From contig DAIQBJ010000001.1 in the NCBI GenBank assembly GCA_036781225.1, forward strand, positions 1,389 through 65,388: DNA of 64,000 bases, given 5' to 3'. Source of the stretch: Gemmatimonadales bacterium (lineage in GTDB: Bacteria; Gemmatimonadota; Gemmatimonadetes; Gemmatimonadales; GWC2-71-9). Position numbers and translations under genes: made by a program. Positions 7,944-18,916 of the stretch are shown in pieces. The notes below the pieces were generated by a model. That model had not been told where the DNA came from. It saw nothing but the letters and a program-made list of their open reading frames with translations, and made no database searches. Each line of letters starts with the position of its first letter. Position 1 is the first letter of the stretch.

Positions 7944-9890
7944 CTATTCCTCCGCGTAGACCTTCTTGAGGTTCGCGACGACGCTGGGATCGGCCAGCGT
8001 GCTCGTTTCGCCCAGCGCTCTGCCCTCGGCGATATCCCTCAGCAGTCGTCGCATAATCTTGCCGCTACGGGTCTTGGGGAGTTCAGCCGCATAGATGATG
8101 TCGTCGGGACGCGCCAGCGCGCCGATCTTCTTAGCCACGTGAGCCTTGATCGCATCCTGCAATTCCGGCGTCATCGTATTGCCCTGCTTGAGCGTGACGA
8201 ACGCGGAAATCGCCTGGCCCTTGATCTCGTGCGTTTTGCCGATCACAGCCGCTTCGGCGACCTTCGGATGCTCGACGAGCGCCGACTCGACCTCCATCGT
8301 CGAGACGCGATGGCCTGAGATGTTCATGACGTCGTCGATGCGGCCAAGCAGCCAGAAATAACCGTCCTTGTCCCGCTTCGCGCCGTCCCCGGTGAAGTAC
8401 ATGCCCGGGACCTGGCTCCAGTATGTCTTCTCGTACCTCGCAGGGTCTCCGTAGATGCCGCGCAACATGCCGGGCCACGGCTTTTTGAGCACGAGATAAC
8501 CCGCCTCGACAGGCTCTCCGCGATCGTTGACGATGTCGGGCTCGATACCAGGGAACGGAAAGGTCGCTGAGCCTGGTTTGCAGACCGTGATGCCGGGTAG
8601 CGGCGTGATGAGAATCTGACCCGTTTCCGTCTGCCACCATGTGTCGACGACGGGGCAGCGGCCGCCGCCAATGACCTTCCAGTACCATACCCACGCCTCG
8701 GGGTTGATCGGCTCGCCAACCGTCCCGAGCAAGCGGAGCGATGAGAGGTCACAGCGCTTTGGGTATTCCTCACCCCAGCGCACAAACGTACGGATGGCCG
8801 TGGGTGCCGTATAGAGAATGGTGACGCCGTACTTCTCTATGATTCGCCAGAAACGGTCCTTGTCGGGAGTATCTGGCGTTCCCTCGTACATCACGATGGT
8901 GGTGCCGTTCGCGAGCGGCCCATACACGATGTACGAGTGGCCGGTGACCCAGCCGATGTCGGCGGTGCACCAATACACGTCTTCTTCGCGCAGGTCAAAA
9001 ATCAGCCGGTGTGTGGCGCTAACGCCGGTGAGGTAACCGCCCGTGGTGTGGATGATTCCCTTTGGCTGACCCGTCGAGCCCGACGTGTAGAGGAGGTAAA
9101 GCATGTCCTCTGCGTCCATCGGTTCGGGAGCCGTATAGGCGTCAGCGCTCTTCACGAAGTCGTGCCACCAGATATCGCGGCCATTCTGCCAATCGATCTC
9201 TTGGCCGGTGCGCCGGCAAACGATGACCGTCGCAACGAATGCGCACTCCTTGATTGCCTCGTCAGTATTCTTCTTGAGTGCCACCGTGCTTCCGCGTCGA
9301 TAGCCGCCGTCGGCGGTGATGACCACCTTTGACTTGCAGTCGTTGATGCGGTCGCGCAACGATTCCGGCGAGAAGCCCCCGAACACCACGCTGTGCACGG
9401 CGCCGATGCGCGCGCACGCCAGCATCGCGATCGGGAGTTCGGGGATCATGGGCATGTAGATTGTGACCATGTCCCCTTTTTTCACGCCACGTTGTCGCAG
9501 CGCCGACGCAAACTGATTCACCTCGCGGTACAGGTCCCGGTAGGTTAGGACGCGGGTATCTCCGGGCTCGCCTTCCCAGATGATGGCCGCCTTGTTCCGA
9601 CGTGGTCCTTCAAGGTGCCGGTCGATGCAGTTATCCGAAACATTCAGCTTGCCGCCGATAAACCACTTCGCATAAGGGAGCTTCCATTCGAGGCTCTTGC
9701 GCCATGGCTTGATCCACCGAAGCTCCTTCGCCTGTTGTTCCCAAAACTTCACGGAGTTCCGGCGGGCCTGCTGGTAGATCGCCGGCGTCTTGACGCGCGC
9801 CATCTTCGTAAACTCTTTGGGCGGCGGAAACTTCCGTCCCTCTTTCAGGAGAGCCTGAATCGGTTCGTCCTTACGGAGTGCTTTCGCCAT
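7944..9890 (-). CDS. acs: Acetyl-CoA synthetase
   Basis: 648 aa from the ATG at 9890 ([10 protein letters not shown]...), with the AMP-binding motif [11 protein letters not shown] and an Acs-like N-terminus ([15 protein letters not shown]). The track start at 10049 is an extension. Confidence 0.9.
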   Translation of the reverse strand: MAKALRKDEPIQALLKEGRKFPPPKEFTKMARVKTPAIYQQARRNSVKFWEQQAKELRWIKPWRKSLEWKLPYAKWFIGGKLNVSDNCIDRHLEGPRRNKAAIIWEGEPGDTRVLTYRDLYREVNQFASALRQRGVKKGDMVTIYMPMIPELPIAMLACARIGAVHSVVFGGFSPESLRDRINDCKSKVVITADGGYRRGSTVALKKNTDEAIKECAFVATVIVCRRTGQEIDWQNGRDIWWHDFVKSADAYTAPEPMDAEDMLYLLYTSGSTGQPKGIIHTTGGYLTGVSATHRLIFDLREEDVYWCTADIGWVTGHSYIVYGPLANGTTIVMYEGTPDTPDKDRFWRIIEKYGVTILYTAPTAIRTFVRWGEEYPKRCDLSSLRLLGTVGEPINPEAWVWYWKVIGGGRCPVVDTWWQTETGQILITPLPGITVCKPGSATFPFPGIEPDIVNDRGEPVEAGYLVLKKPWPGMLRGIYGDPARYEKTYWSQVPGMYFTGDGAKRDKDGYFWLLGRIDDVMNISGHRVSTMEVESALVEHPKVAEAAVIGKTHEIKGQAISAFVTLKQGNTMTPELQDAIKAHVAKKIGALARPDDIIYAAELPKTRSGKIMRRLLRDIAEGRALGETSTLADPSVVANLKKVYAEE

Positions 9891-9942
9891 GACGCGTCCT
9901 CTCGGGTTTGTGTGTGAGGCTGGCTTCCGTCTCGGTGGAATT

Positions 9943-10578
9943 CTAAACCAGTTTTTCGAGGCCGGTGCGGGCGTTGACACGGCGCGTGATCTCGCGACGT
10001 CCGGCGGCAATCCGCTCCACGGCGTCGAGGCCCTGCGTTGCCTTCTCAATGAAATGCCGATCGTTGATGTCGCGAAGGTTGATGCGAGCGGTCAACGTCG
10101 ACGCCTCGACAACGGCATCCGCGAGCGCCGCCGCAACCGCGAGATCTCCTACCGTACTTACGCGGACGATATCGACGACCGAAGCACAGATTTCGAGGAC
10201 GCTCGCGGCGGCTCGCGCAGTCTCGATCGGCACGAGTGTCGCGCGTTGCAGAGCCCCCTGTTGGTGTGGTTCCCCTGGGTCGCTCGAGACGCGCCGCGCG
10301 TCAAGAAAGGCTTCATATGCCTCGATATCGTCGTGGATTAGCTTGCGTAATTGAACACGAAGCGCATCGGCCCGGTCGATGGCGCTCATGATGATCTTCT
10401 GGGACGGGGCGTGACGCGCCGTGACCCGGCATACCATCCCCACAAGCGCGGCCGCGGCCGCCCCCGTCAACGCTCCGGCAGCGCCGCCGCCGGGTGCAGG
10501 TCGATCACTTGCGAGGCCATCGAGAAACGATTCGACACTTTCGTTGGCACGTCCAGCGGTATCCATCCGGTCCTCCAT
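9943..10578 (-). CDS. Cyclodeaminase/cyclohydrolase family protein (FtcD C-domain / FchA-like methenyl-THF cyclohydrolase)
   Basis: 211 aa with [40 protein letters not shown], the hallmark N-terminal helix of this family. Its size matches stand-alone FchA-type proteins. Confidence 0.75.
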   Translation of the reverse strand: MEDRMDTAGRANESVESFLDGLASDRPAPGGGAAGALTGAAAAALVGMVCRVTARHAPSQKIIMSAIDRADALRVQLRKLIHDDIEAYEAFLDARRVSSDPGEPHQQGALQRATLVPIETARAAASVLEICASVVDIVRVSTVGDLAVAAALADAVVEASTLTARINLRDINDRHFIEKATQGLDAVERIAAGRREITRRVNARTGLEKLV

Positions 10579-10611
10579 TAAGGGAACGAATCCGCCGCTC
10601 GCTTCATAGTC

Positions 10612-11955
10612 ATGGCAAACTCAGGCCCCATGAATCGGGACCGACTTGAGGTTGTCGACCCATTCATTGCCGCCGCCCTACGGGCGGAGTGCGATCGGCA
10701 GCAACACTCGCTGAATCTGATCGCATCGGAGAACATACCTTCGGTCGCAGTCCGCGAAGCGCTCGCGTCGCCACTCCTCGGCAAATATGCGGAAGGGTAT
10801 CCCGGGCGACGGTTTTATGGCGGCTGCGAAGTCATCGATCGCATCGAGCAAATGGCCATCGATCGCGCTAAGAGCTTGTTCGGCGTGGCTCACGCGAACG
10901 TTCAACCGCACTCGGGGACGAACGCCAACATGGCCGTGTTCCGGGCGATCTTGAAGCCGGGCGACATCATCCTGGGGCCCGACCTCGCACACGGAGGACA
11001 CATCACGGCGGGCGCTGCCGCCAATTATTCTGGCCAGATGTACTCCGTCGTGCACTATCACGTCCGCGCCGAGACTGAACTGATCGACCTGGACGAAGTG
11101 CGAAGGGTTGCCCGAGAGTATCGGCCGACAGCAATCATCGCCGGGGGATCGGCGTTTCCACGAGTCATCGACTTTGCCGCCTTCCACGACATCGCGGAAG
11201 AAGTCGGCGCGCGCTTGATCGCCGACATTGCCCATCCGGCTGGCCTCATCACGGCAGGACTCCATGTCTCGCCATCGGGCCTCGCCGACTTCATCACGAC
11301 ATCCACGCAGGAGACGCTTCGAGGACCGACCGGTGGCCTCGTTTTGTGTGGCAGTGACGATGCGGCGGCTGTCGACCGCGCCGTCATGCCGGGTGTGCAG
11401 TCGGGTCCTCACATGCATGCCGTGGCTGCCAAGGCAGTCGCATTTGCCGAGGCGGCGACTCCGCAATGGCGCATCTACCAACAACGGGTCCTCGAAAACG
11501 CCCGCGCCCTTGCGGCAGCTCTCCTGGCGCGCGGCCATCGTCTCGTCACAGGAGGCACCGATACACATCTGATTCTCGTCGACTTATCGGCATATGAGAT
11601 GACCGGCAAGGAAGGACAGGAGGCACTGGACTCGGCCGGCATCACAGTCAACAAGAACCCGCTTCCCTTCGACCGCCGAGATCACCGTGGGCTCCTCGAC
11701 ATCAGCGGAATACGGCTTGGTACGCCTGCGATCACTTCGCGAGGTCTCGGTACCACGGAGATGGTTGAGATCGCCGACCTCATCTCGCAAGTCATCGGAA
11801 GCCGTGGTGCGCCAAGTGTGATTGCTTCCGTGCGAAGGGGTGTCGCCGATCTCGCCGCTCGCTTCCCTCTCGGCTGGGAAGACCTCACAGCTCCTATCAG
11901 GACGCTCGCCGCCGAGGAGGCCCTCCGAGTGAGCAGCAGTCGAAACGTGGTCTAG
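10612..11955 (+). CDS. glyA: Serine hydroxymethyltransferase
   Basis: 447 aa; ...LNLIASENIPS..., YAEGYPGRRFYGGCE, and the PLP-lysine region TTSTQETLRGP (variant of TTTTHKTLRGP). This is one of only two plus-strand CDS called between 7.9 and 56.4 kb. Confidence 0.9.
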   Translation: MANSGPMNRDRLEVVDPFIAAALRAECDRQQHSLNLIASENIPSVAVREALASPLLGKYAEGYPGRRFYGGCEVIDRIEQMAIDRAKSLFGVAHANVQPHSGTNANMAVFRAILKPGDIILGPDLAHGGHITAGAAANYSGQMYSVVHYHVRAETELIDLDEVRRVAREYRPTAIIAGGSAFPRVIDFAAFHDIAEEVGARLIADIAHPAGLITAGLHVSPSGLADFITTSTQETLRGPTGGLVLCGSDDAAAVDRAVMPGVQSGPHMHAVAAKAVAFAEAATPQWRIYQQRVLENARALAAALLARGHRLVTGGTDTHLILVDLSAYEMTGKEGQEALDSAGITVNKNPLPFDRRDHRGLLDISGIRLGTPAITSRGLGTTEMVEIADLISQVIGSRGAPSVIASVRRGVADLAARFPLGWEDLTAPIRTLAAEEALRVSSSRNVV

Positions 11956-12143
11956 TTACGTCTGGCGAAATTAGCGAGAGAGACGACAACGTCCGAATCA
12001 GCGTCCGCGGTGTGAGCGCCGCACCACGCACACTCCACGATCGGCGACGCCAACGTATCGGGCCTCTCACACAGTGCGAACCCGCCAAGAGCGCGGGCGA
12101 GCGATTCACCGCAGTCGCATCCCGTGACCGATTCCCTCCGCAT
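11952..12143 (-). CDS. Possible small Cys-rich protein (63 aa)
   Basis: The ATG at 12143 lies 8 nt after the folB-like stop. The peptide MRRESVTGCDCGES...IVECAWCGAH has C-x-C and C-x2-C pairs, and third-position GC is high by eye. No recognisable family. Confidence 0.3.
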   Translation of the reverse strand: MRRESVTGCDCGESLARALGGFALCERPDTLASPIVECAWCGAHTADADSDVVVSLANFARRN

Positions 12144-12150
12144 GCGTGGT

Positions 12151-12528
12151 TTATCGGGAATCACGACTCGCCACGACCACAGCACCGACGTTCTTAGCCG
12201 ACGATAGTGCTCCGGGCTTCCAGACTTCGATCGCAGCTTTTTCGACCTCGTCGAACTCCGAGAGAATCGTGCGGCATAGATGGGTGGCAAGTGTCTCGAT
12301 CAACTGAAAGCTCGATTTTTCGCACTCGGCCATCACGCGCCTGGAGACGAGCCGATAGTCGATGCTGTCCTGAATAGCGTCCGACATCGCGACCCTGCCG
12401 AAGTCGACCTTCACCTTGAGATTGATCACGATGCGCTGCTTCGTCGCCCGTTCGCGGTCAGTCACTCCGATCGTGCACTCGACCTCGATGCCTTCGACGC
12501 AGAGCCACCCACCGAGTTCCAATGTCAT
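12151..12528 (-). CDS. folB: Dihydroneopterin aldolase family protein (FolB-like)
   Basis: 125 aa; GIEVECTIGVTDRERATKQRIVINLKVKVDF...SDAIQDSIDYRLVSRRV...IETLATHL...IEVWKPGAL parallels the FolB pattern. Its ATG overlaps the upstream stop (ATGA at 12525-12528). Confidence 0.7.
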   Translation of the reverse strand: MTLELGGWLCVEGIEVECTIGVTDRERATKQRIVINLKVKVDFGRVAMSDAIQDSIDYRLVSRRVMAECEKSSFQLIETLATHLCRTILSEFDEVEKAAIEVWKPGALSSAKNVGAVVVASRDSR

Positions 12529-13487
12529 ACCGCTTCCGAAAACAGTCGCGTGTCGAGGAGTTGACTTTCCTTCAGGCCGGCGATGGGTGCGAATGTCGCC
12601 GGCCATTGCTCAAACGCCTCCGCCGGGGCGCAGCCGACGAGTTCATACCCGCGGACAACGGCACCGAGTCGCTTTGCCTCATGCTCGAGATGTTCGCAGA
12701 CCGTTCGTGGGGACGTGAGCCGGTAGTCGAGTAGGTTCATGGACACCTGCGACAGTCCGCGGCTCGCAAGCAAAACACCCATCGCCTGCACTGCGGGAAG
12801 CCCTCCCGACGAGGCTCTAATGCGGCGTGAGATCGCGTCAGCCAGGGCGAGATCGTTACTTGTGAGCACCGCGTTGAACGCGATGAGCGGCCGCCGGGCG
12901 CCGACGACCGTCGCCCCAGCCGACGGGTGAGGCGCCGCGGGTCCCGCGTCGGGACGCCACCCCGGCGCGCACAGTCGCTCCGCAAGGCCTTCGAATCCAC
13001 CCTTTCGAACCACCGGCAGCTCGCGCCGGTTACGCCGAGCAGCCGCCTCGGCATAGAAGAACACGGGCACATCGAGCTCCGCCGCGAACGTCAAGCCAAC
13101 GCGGTGCGCCGAAGCGATCGCATCGCGCATGCTTGCCCCACGCAGGGGCACAAACGGAATCACGTCGATCGCGCCGATTCTCGGGTGAGCGCCTCTGTGC
13201 TTTGTGAGGTCGATACATTCCACGGCTGCACGGGCAAGGGCGAGGACAGAGCTTTCGACGGCGTCAGGGTCGCCAATCATCGTGAAAACGGACCGGTGAT
13301 GATCGACATCGCTGTGGACGTCGAGCAAAGTCGCTCCGCCATTGGTCACGGCATCCGCGAGACGAGCAATGACCCTGGCGTCGCGACCCTCGCTCACATT
13401 TGGCACGCACTCGAGCAACGGGCGTCCGGCTTCGTCCGCGACCGCCGTGATCTGATCGAGCGCGGATGCTCCGCTGTGCGGCGTCAC
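12525..13487 (-). CDS. Glutamate formimidoyltransferase (FtcD N-domain type)
   Basis: 320 aa with LLECVPNVSEGRD near the N-terminus, the formiminotransferase signature. Confidence 0.85.
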   Translation of the reverse strand: MTPHSGASALDQITAVADEAGRPLLECVPNVSEGRDARVIARLADAVTNGGATLLDVHSDVDHHRSVFTMIGDPDAVESSVLALARAAVECIDLTKHRGAHPRIGAIDVIPFVPLRGASMRDAIASAHRVGLTFAAELDVPVFFYAEAAARRNRRELPVVRKGGFEGLAERLCAPGWRPDAGPAAPHPSAGATVVGARRPLIAFNAVLTSNDLALADAISRRIRASSGGLPAVQAMGVLLASRGLSQVSMNLLDYRLTSPRTVCEHLEHEAKRLGAVVRGYELVGCAPAEAFEQWPATFAPIAGLKESQLLDTRLFSEAV

Positions 13488-13768
13488 GAGCCGCCTAATC
13501 CTCGCTCTCGGAAATCCGCAAACTTGGCTTCGAGCTCCTGGGCCACCGCCTTCGCGACATCGCCGGGGCTACCAGCACGCTCCTGCTCGTCGCCGTGTTC
13601 CCACTGATCGAGATATGCGTCGGTACCGGCCAGACCCAGACGCATTGCGACCGCGTCGATCAGCACCTGAAACCGGTCGCTCAGTTGAATTTTGGCGGTA
13701 CCGGTACCGTCGGAAGCCTCAACGACGGATGGAATGTCTTTCCAGTAAAGGACCTGATACTTGGCCAC
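13484..13768 (-). CDS. Small conserved hypothetical protein (94 aa)
   Basis: MAKYQVLYWKDIPSVVEA...LSDRFQVLIDAVAMRLGLAGTDAYLDQWEHG. It has a 4-nt overlap with the downstream gene. I vaguely associate this pattern with a small family found near cobalamin/CobW genes but cannot verify that. Confidence 0.55.
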   Translation of the reverse strand: MAKYQVLYWKDIPSVVEASDGTGTAKIQLSDRFQVLIDAVAMRLGLAGTDAYLDQWEHGDEQERAGSPGDVAKAVAQELEAKFADFRERGLGGS

Positions 13769-13779
13769 AAGTCGACCTC

Positions 13780-15459
13780 TCAGAAGAGTCCGACGACGTT
13801 CCCGTCGTCGTCGATATCAATGCCGAGAGCAGCGGGCTTCTTGGGCAAACCGGGCATCGTCAAGATGTCTCCGGCGTAAGCGACGACGAAACCCGCCCCC
13901 GCGCATAGCTTGACGTCACGAATCGTCACGGTGAAGCCAAGCGGGCGCCCTAGTTTTTTTGCATCGTCGGAGAGTGAGCTTTGAGTCTTGGCCATGCACA
14001 CGGGCAGCATTCCGTAGCCGAGCGTTTCGTACTTTGCCAATTTGGTGGCAGCGGCAGGAAGGATGTTCACACCGGCCGCACCATAGAGCTTCGTGGCGAT
14101 CGTCTCGATCTTTCGGCCGAGCCCCATGTTGTCGGGATAGAGTGTCCGAAACTGCGAGACTCCCTGGCGCTGCGTCGCTTCGAGGACGGCGTGAGCGAGC
14201 TCCTGACCACCGTCGCCCCCCAATTCCCACACGCGAGACATTCGGGCGGGAACGCCAAGCTTTTGACATGCGTCCAGTACGACCGCCACCTCACCGTCAG
14301 TATCGTGGCTGAAGTGGTTGAGGGCTACGACGGCCGGCACGCCGAACTGGCGAATGTTATCGACGTGTTTGCTGAGGTTGTCCATGCCCTTGAGGAGAGC
14401 CGCGACGTCGGGAACCCCAAGATCCTCCTTCTTGACCCCGCCATGCATTTTGAGCGCCCGAACGGTCGCGACAATAACGGCCGCCGCCGGCTTCAGCCCG
14501 CCGATTCGACACTTAATGTCGAAGAACTTCTCCGCACCGAGCTCTGTTGCGAAGCCAGCCTCGGTGACGACCACGTCACCGAGCTTTAGCGCCAGTCGAG
14601 TCGCCATGAGGCTATTGCAGCCATGGGCGATATTGGCGAAGGGGCCACCGTGCACGAACGCCGGTGTTCCCTCGAGCGTCTGTACGAGATTGGGCTTGAT
14701 CGCATCCTTCAGCAGCACGGTGAGAGCTCCCGCCACACCGACGTCTGCGACAGTGACGAAAGAGCCATCCGCTCGTTCAGCGACGATGATGCGACTGATC
14801 CGATTCTTCAAATCGTGAAGGTCACGAGCGAGACACAGAATCGCCATAATTTCCGAGGCGACTGTGATTTCGAATCCCGACTCGCGTGGCACTCCGTTCA
14901 CCGGGCCACCGAGTCCCAAGACGACGTTACGAAGAGCGCGATCGTTCATATCCAGGACGCGCTTCCAGCCGATTCGCCGACCGTCGAGACCGAGCTCATT
15001 ACCCTGGAAGATGTGGTTATCGAGGGTGGCGGCGAGCAGGTTGTGCGCCGAGGTGATCGCGTGAAAATCCCCGGTAAAGTGCAGGTTGATGTCCTCCATC
15101 GGCATCACCTGCGCGTAGCCGCCTCCGGCTGCCCCGCCCTTGATGCCGAAGCAGGGACCCAGCGACGGTTCACGGATCGCCACGATGGCGCGCTTTCCGA
15201 TCTTGCGAAACGCATCGGCGAGGCCGACGGTCGTCGTGGACTTGCCTTCGCCGGCAGGAGTCGGCGTCATTGCCGTCACGAGCACGAGCGCCCCGTCGTC
15301 ATTGGCCTGGAGGCGCTTGATCGCTTCCATGCGGATCTTTGCCTTGAACGGGCCATAGAACTCTAGGTCCTCGGCCTCGAGTCCCAGCGTCCCGGCGACC
15401 ACGTCGATGGGCTGCAGCTTGGCGTCATGCGCGATATCGATGTCGCTCTTGATCGTCAT
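13780..15459 (-). CDS. fhs: Formate--tetrahydrofolate ligase
   Basis: 559 aa from the ATG at 15459 ([18 protein letters not shown]...), with [17 protein letters not shown]-loop and [15 protein letters not shown] overlap with the upstream corrinoid-protein gene. Confidence 0.95.
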   Translation of the reverse strand: MTIKSDIDIAHDAKLQPIDVVAGTLGLEAEDLEFYGPFKAKIRMEAIKRLQANDDGALVLVTAMTPTPAGEGKSTTTVGLADAFRKIGKRAIVAIREPSLGPCFGIKGGAAGGGYAQVMPMEDINLHFTGDFHAITSAHNLLAATLDNHIFQGNELGLDGRRIGWKRVLDMNDRALRNVVLGLGGPVNGVPRESGFEITVASEIMAILCLARDLHDLKNRISRIIVAERADGSFVTVADVGVAGALTVLLKDAIKPNLVQTLEGTPAFVHGGPFANIAHGCNSLMATRLALKLGDVVVTEAGFATELGAEKFFDIKCRIGGLKPAAAVIVATVRALKMHGGVKKEDLGVPDVAALLKGMDNLSKHVDNIRQFGVPAVVALNHFSHDTDGEVAVVLDACQKLGVPARMSRVWELGGDGGQELAHAVLEATQRQGVSQFRTLYPDNMGLGRKIETIATKLYGAAGVNILPAAATKLAKYETLGYGMLPVCMAKTQSSLSDDAKKLGRPLGFTVTIRDVKLCAGAGFVVAYAGDILTMPGLPKKPAALGIDIDDDGNVVGLF

Positions 15460-16133
15460 CGCGCGGCCGCTCGTTTGTCCTCGATCCACTGGCGGCAGAT
15501 CTTGACGGCTTCAGGCGCGTTCGCGCCATACGCATCCGTGCCGCATTCCTGTGCGAATTTGGCCGTGACGGGTGCCCCGCCGCAGATGATCTTGTACTTC
15601 TGACGGACGCCCATCTTCTCGAAGTGCTCGACAGTCTTACCGATGTTGGGCATCGTGACCGACAGCAGTGCAGACAGGCCGACGATGTCCGCTTGATGGG
15701 TCTCCGCTGCCTCGAGGATCTTCTCGGGTGTGTTGTTCACACCGATGTTGTGCACCTTGAACTGCGCGGCTTCGAGCAGCATGCAGACGAGATTTTTGCC
15801 GATGTCGTGAATGTCGCCTTTCACCGTACCGACAACCGCGACGCCGACCGTTTCGGTGACCGTGCCGACGATCAGGGGCCGCAAGAGGGCCATCGATCCG
15901 TTCATCGTCCGCGCGGACAGCAGCACTTCCGGGATGAAGTACTGGTTCGTGCGGAAGAGCTCGCCGACGACGTCCATGCCGGGCACCAGTCCTTCGTTGA
16001 TGACGAGGTGCGGGTTGATGCCCTGATCGATTCCCTGCTGGGTGAGCGCCGTACCGTCTTTCACCTGGCCCTTGATGACCGTGAAGGCCAGCTTTTCGAG
16101 CAGCGTTCTCTCATCCATCTTCGTGTCGCTCAC
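15456..16133 (-). CDS. Corrinoid (B12-binding) methyl-carrier protein, copy 1
   Basis: 225 aa with an N-terminal helical cap plus a Rossmann-like B12 domain carrying the DxHxxG motif ([15 protein letters not shown]) and SALLSVT. Confidence 0.9.
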   Translation of the reverse strand: MSDTKMDERTLLEKLAFTVIKGQVKDGTALTQQGIDQGINPHLVINEGLVPGMDVVGELFRTNQYFIPEVLLSARTMNGSMALLRPLIVGTVTETVGVAVVGTVKGDIHDIGKNLVCMLLEAAQFKVHNIGVNNTPEKILEAAETHQADIVGLSALLSVTMPNIGKTVEHFEKMGVRQKYKIICGGAPVTAKFAQECGTDAYGANAPEAVKICRQWIEDKRAAAR

Positions 16134-17347
16134 AGTTTGATGGGGTAGGTGCCGAATTCCTTCCCCGCGTCGTACATGGCCTTGATGTTCCGGAAGGGGA
16201 TATCGGGCAGCATCCGATGCGCAGGCGACAGGATATAGCCACCGCCGGGCGCCATCTCCTTGATGCGCTGTCGCACTTCCTGGCGCACGTCCTCCGGCGT
16301 TCCTCGCGGCAACGTCGACTGGACGTTGATGCCACCGAGAAAGCCGATCTTATGGCCGAAGTCCTGCTTCAAACGCCACGGCTCGGAGATGACCTCGACA
16401 GGCTGTAGAGGATCGAAGATCTGCATGCCGTCTTCGACGAGGCCATTCATCATCGGATAGGCCGCGCCGCATGAGTGGTACATGATTTTGCACTCGGGGT
16501 TCCCGACCTCTTCGAGCATGCGGCGCACCTCGTGAAACCGCCGCTTGTAGTAGGGTCGGACCAGATCCTCGTGAATCTGGGGCGACACAAGCGTGCTCGT
16601 CTGTGTTCCCAGGTCTTCCGGCGACAAGCGAACAATGTCGAGGTACTTGCCGACGGCCTGGATGCCGACCCGGTTCATCTCTAGTTCGATGTCCAGCAGC
16701 TTGGTGAAAAGCGCGTGGACAAAATCCTGGTCGATCGCCATGTCGATGAAAATCTGCTCGAAGCCGCGGAGATATTTGCCCTGCTCGTAGATTCCGCCTC
16801 GCCCGAATTGCGACAGAATCGCGTACGGCGTTTCCTTCCGAATGCGCGGAATGAGATCCGGCAAATCGCCCAGGAAGGACGGGTCATGCGGGTCAGGCCA
16901 CGGATAATCGTCGAGGTCCTTGATGGTCGCCTCAGCAAGCGGGTAGATGCGAATCTCGAAGTGGGCGCCGCCGTATCCTGTCTCGAACTCTGCCCGGTGG
17001 TGGGGCACGCCCCACTCGTCCACGTAGAGATCGTCTTCCGGGCGATGGACGAAGCCGCGGCCGCCATTCGGCGGGTAGCTTGGAATACGGATGATGTCGA
17101 GCTCCAGCTTCTCGATCACGTCGAGGTCGACCGGGGCGTCGGTCGACCAGGTCGTCGATCCCGTGCGGATGGCGTTCGGCGTGTTCTGCCAGTCCCACGG
17201 CTTCGAGACCTTCGGCGGCAGCCCCAGTTCGCGTCGGAGAGCCACGTAGGAGTCCTGCGTGATCCAGATGTCGCGAGGAACACGGTCCGGCTCGCGTAGT
17301 GCGATCGCCGCCTTTACCCGCTCCCGTGAGGTCATCGTCTTCGGCAT
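16130..17347 (-). CDS. URO-D superfamily (MtaA/MtvB-like) corrinoid-dependent methyltransferase, copy 1
   Basis: 405 aa; N-terminal SRERVKAAIALREPDRVP, HSCG motif (KIMYHSCGAAY) and GGGYILSPAH near the C-terminus. Translationally coupled to corrinoid protein 1. Confidence 0.75.
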   Translation of the reverse strand: MPKTMTSRERVKAAIALREPDRVPRDIWITQDSYVALRRELGLPPKVSKPWDWQNTPNAIRTGSTTWSTDAPVDLDVIEKLELDIIRIPSYPPNGGRGFVHRPEDDLYVDEWGVPHHRAEFETGYGGAHFEIRIYPLAEATIKDLDDYPWPDPHDPSFLGDLPDLIPRIRKETPYAILSQFGRGGIYEQGKYLRGFEQIFIDMAIDQDFVHALFTKLLDIELEMNRVGIQAVGKYLDIVRLSPEDLGTQTSTLVSPQIHEDLVRPYYKRRFHEVRRMLEEVGNPECKIMYHSCGAAYPMMNGLVEDGMQIFDPLQPVEVISEPWRLKQDFGHKIGFLGGINVQSTLPRGTPEDVRQEVRQRIKEMAPGGGYILSPAHRMLPDIPFRNIKAMYDAGKEFGTYPIKL

Positions 17348-17363
17348 CGTGTCCCCCGTGTTG

Positions 17364-18008
17364 CTAGATGACGTCCTTCATTTGACGCGCGATACGCATC
17401 ACGTAGTTCCGCATCGTGAGTTCCGACGCTTCGGCATCGCGCCGCACCAGCGCCTCGATCAATTCCTGGTGCTCGTGGACTGTTTCGCGCAGGCCGCCCT
17501 GCTTGCGGTAGAGGAAGTACCAGAGACGTAGATGGAGGTTATAGAGCTTGCTGAGAGCGTCCTCCACATAACGGTTCTGTGCGCCGCGGGCGAGCAATGC
17601 ATGGAAAGCTCGGTCCTGCGTGACGAACGTGTCGATGTCGATTTCCGTTGCTGACCGATCGAGTGCGGCGTGGATCTTCTGCAGCTCCTCGATCTGCTCT
17701 GCCGTCATCCGCGACGCCGCCAGGCGCGCGGCAAATCCCTCGATCTCGGCACGGAATTCGTTGATCTGCTGAACCTCGGCAGCGCGGATCTCGGCAACCA
17801 GCATTCCGCGATGGTGAAGATGAGTGACGAGCCGCTCGACGATCAGCCGCTGGATAGCCTCGCGGATCGGCGTCCGACCGATCCTCAGCTCTTGCATGAG
17901 GCGACTCTCCGTCAGCACGGAGCCGGGCTGCAGCTCCAGAGTGACGATCTTGTCGACGAGGACGCGGTAGGCCTTATCGGTCAGCGACGCGTGTGCGCGG
18001 GTCTTCAC
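17364..18008 (-). CDS. GntR family (FadR/FCD-type) transcriptional regulator
   Basis: 214 aa; wHTH ESRLMQELRIGRTPIREAIQRLIVERLV followed by an all-helical FCD-like C-domain. Embedded mid-operon with a 4-nt overlap to the upstream gene. Confidence 0.85.
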   Translation of the reverse strand: MKTRAHASLTDKAYRVLVDKIVTLELQPGSVLTESRLMQELRIGRTPIREAIQRLIVERLVTHLHHRGMLVAEIRAAEVQQINEFRAEIEGFAARLAASRMTAEQIEELQKIHAALDRSATEIDIDTFVTQDRAFHALLARGAQNRYVEDALSKLYNLHLRLWYFLYRKQGGLRETVHEHQELIEALVRRDAEASELTMRNYVMRIARQMKDVI

Positions 18009-18916
18009 GACCGCCTCGTCCGTCCCAGCGTCTCGGCGATGGCGGCACGATCCGGTTCCCCGCTGCTGATGAACACCATGGTCGGTGGCCGCGTCCCCGG
18101 CGCCGGCGTGATCTCGAGCTGACCGGCGGCGAACTGCACCGTCGCGAGTTGCCCGTCGATCGTCATGAATCCTTTTGCTCTAAGGATCTCGGACGGCAGT
18201 GACGCGAAGAATCGTTCTACGGCGGCGCGATCAGCATCGAAGGCCGTCGGCACCACGAACGAAACGAACGAGGCCGCCGGCGCCGGCGAAGCAAACCCTT
18301 GGTCCAGAGCGCTCGGCTCAGGCACGCGCCTCTCTCCATCGAGAACCATATCTAGCTCCACGTTGCAGCGCTCGGCTGTCACGACCGTCGCCTTGGAATT
18401 CAGCCCGGCTACGTCTCGGCGGACCTCCTCCAGCCGCGAGCCATGGCTCAGGTCGGTCTTGTTGAGAATCACCACGTCGGCCCGCCGCACCTGTTCCGTG
18501 AAAAACTCGCCGAGCACCCTTCGCAGGCCCGCGAACTTTGCGCTATCCACCACGGTGACGACCGGGCCGAGCTCGACCGAGCCCTGCAGGCTTGGATCAC
18601 TGAGGACCTCGAGGAGCTCGCCGGGCTGTGCGACGCCGGTCGCCTCGATCACCACCCGCTTCACGCCTCGCGTGTCGCGCAGCTCCTCGAGAGCGCCGAC
18701 GAGCGAACCCTTGAGCGTGCAGCAGAGGCAGCCAGCCGTGAGTTCGATCATGTTGACGTTGGTGCCTTCGAGCAGCGCCCCATCGATGCCGACGGCGCCG
18801 AACTCGTTCACGATCACGGCCATCGGCTCGGCGCCGGCACGCTCGCCGAGAATCCGTCGCACGAGTGTCGTCTTACCTGAGCCAAGGAAGCCGCAGATCG
18901 CGTTGACCCGCATCAC
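18005..18916 (-). CDS. COG0523/CobW-type G3E GTPase metallochaperone
   Basis: 303 aa with P-loop CGFLGSGKTTL, the metal-binding GCLCC motif and NKTD. Confidence 0.85.
   Translation of the reverse strand: MMRVNAICGFLGSGKTTLVRRILGERAGAEPMAVIVNEFGAVGIDGALLEGTNVNMIELTAGCLCCTLKGSLVGALEELRDTRGVKRVVIEATGVAQPGELLEVLSDPSLQGSVELGPVVTVVDSAKFAGLRRVLGEFFTEQVRRADVVILNKTDLSHGSRLEEVRRDVAGLNSKATVVTAERCNVELDMVLDGERRVPEPSALDQGFASPAPAASFVSFVVPTAFDADRAAVERFFASLPSEILRAKGFMTIDGQLATVQFAAGQLEITPAPGTRPPTMVFISSGEPDRAAIAETLGRTRRS

Noticed and set aside
10579-10611. The very short (33-nt) divergent spacer between the FchA-like gene and glyA, as evidence for leaderless transcripts or a shared operator.
   Set aside because: Both genes have in-frame alternative ATGs a few codons downstream (10566 and 10630), so the true spacer is uncertain. 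I could not identify convincing promoter hexamers.
9943-13487. Whether the separate cyclodeaminase-like (9943-10578) and formiminotransferase (12525-13487) genes are halves of a broken bifunctional FtcD.
   Set aside because: They are about 2 kb apart with glyA and folB between them. Each has its own start and stop, and both forms are known as stand-alone proteins, so this is not a pseudogene.
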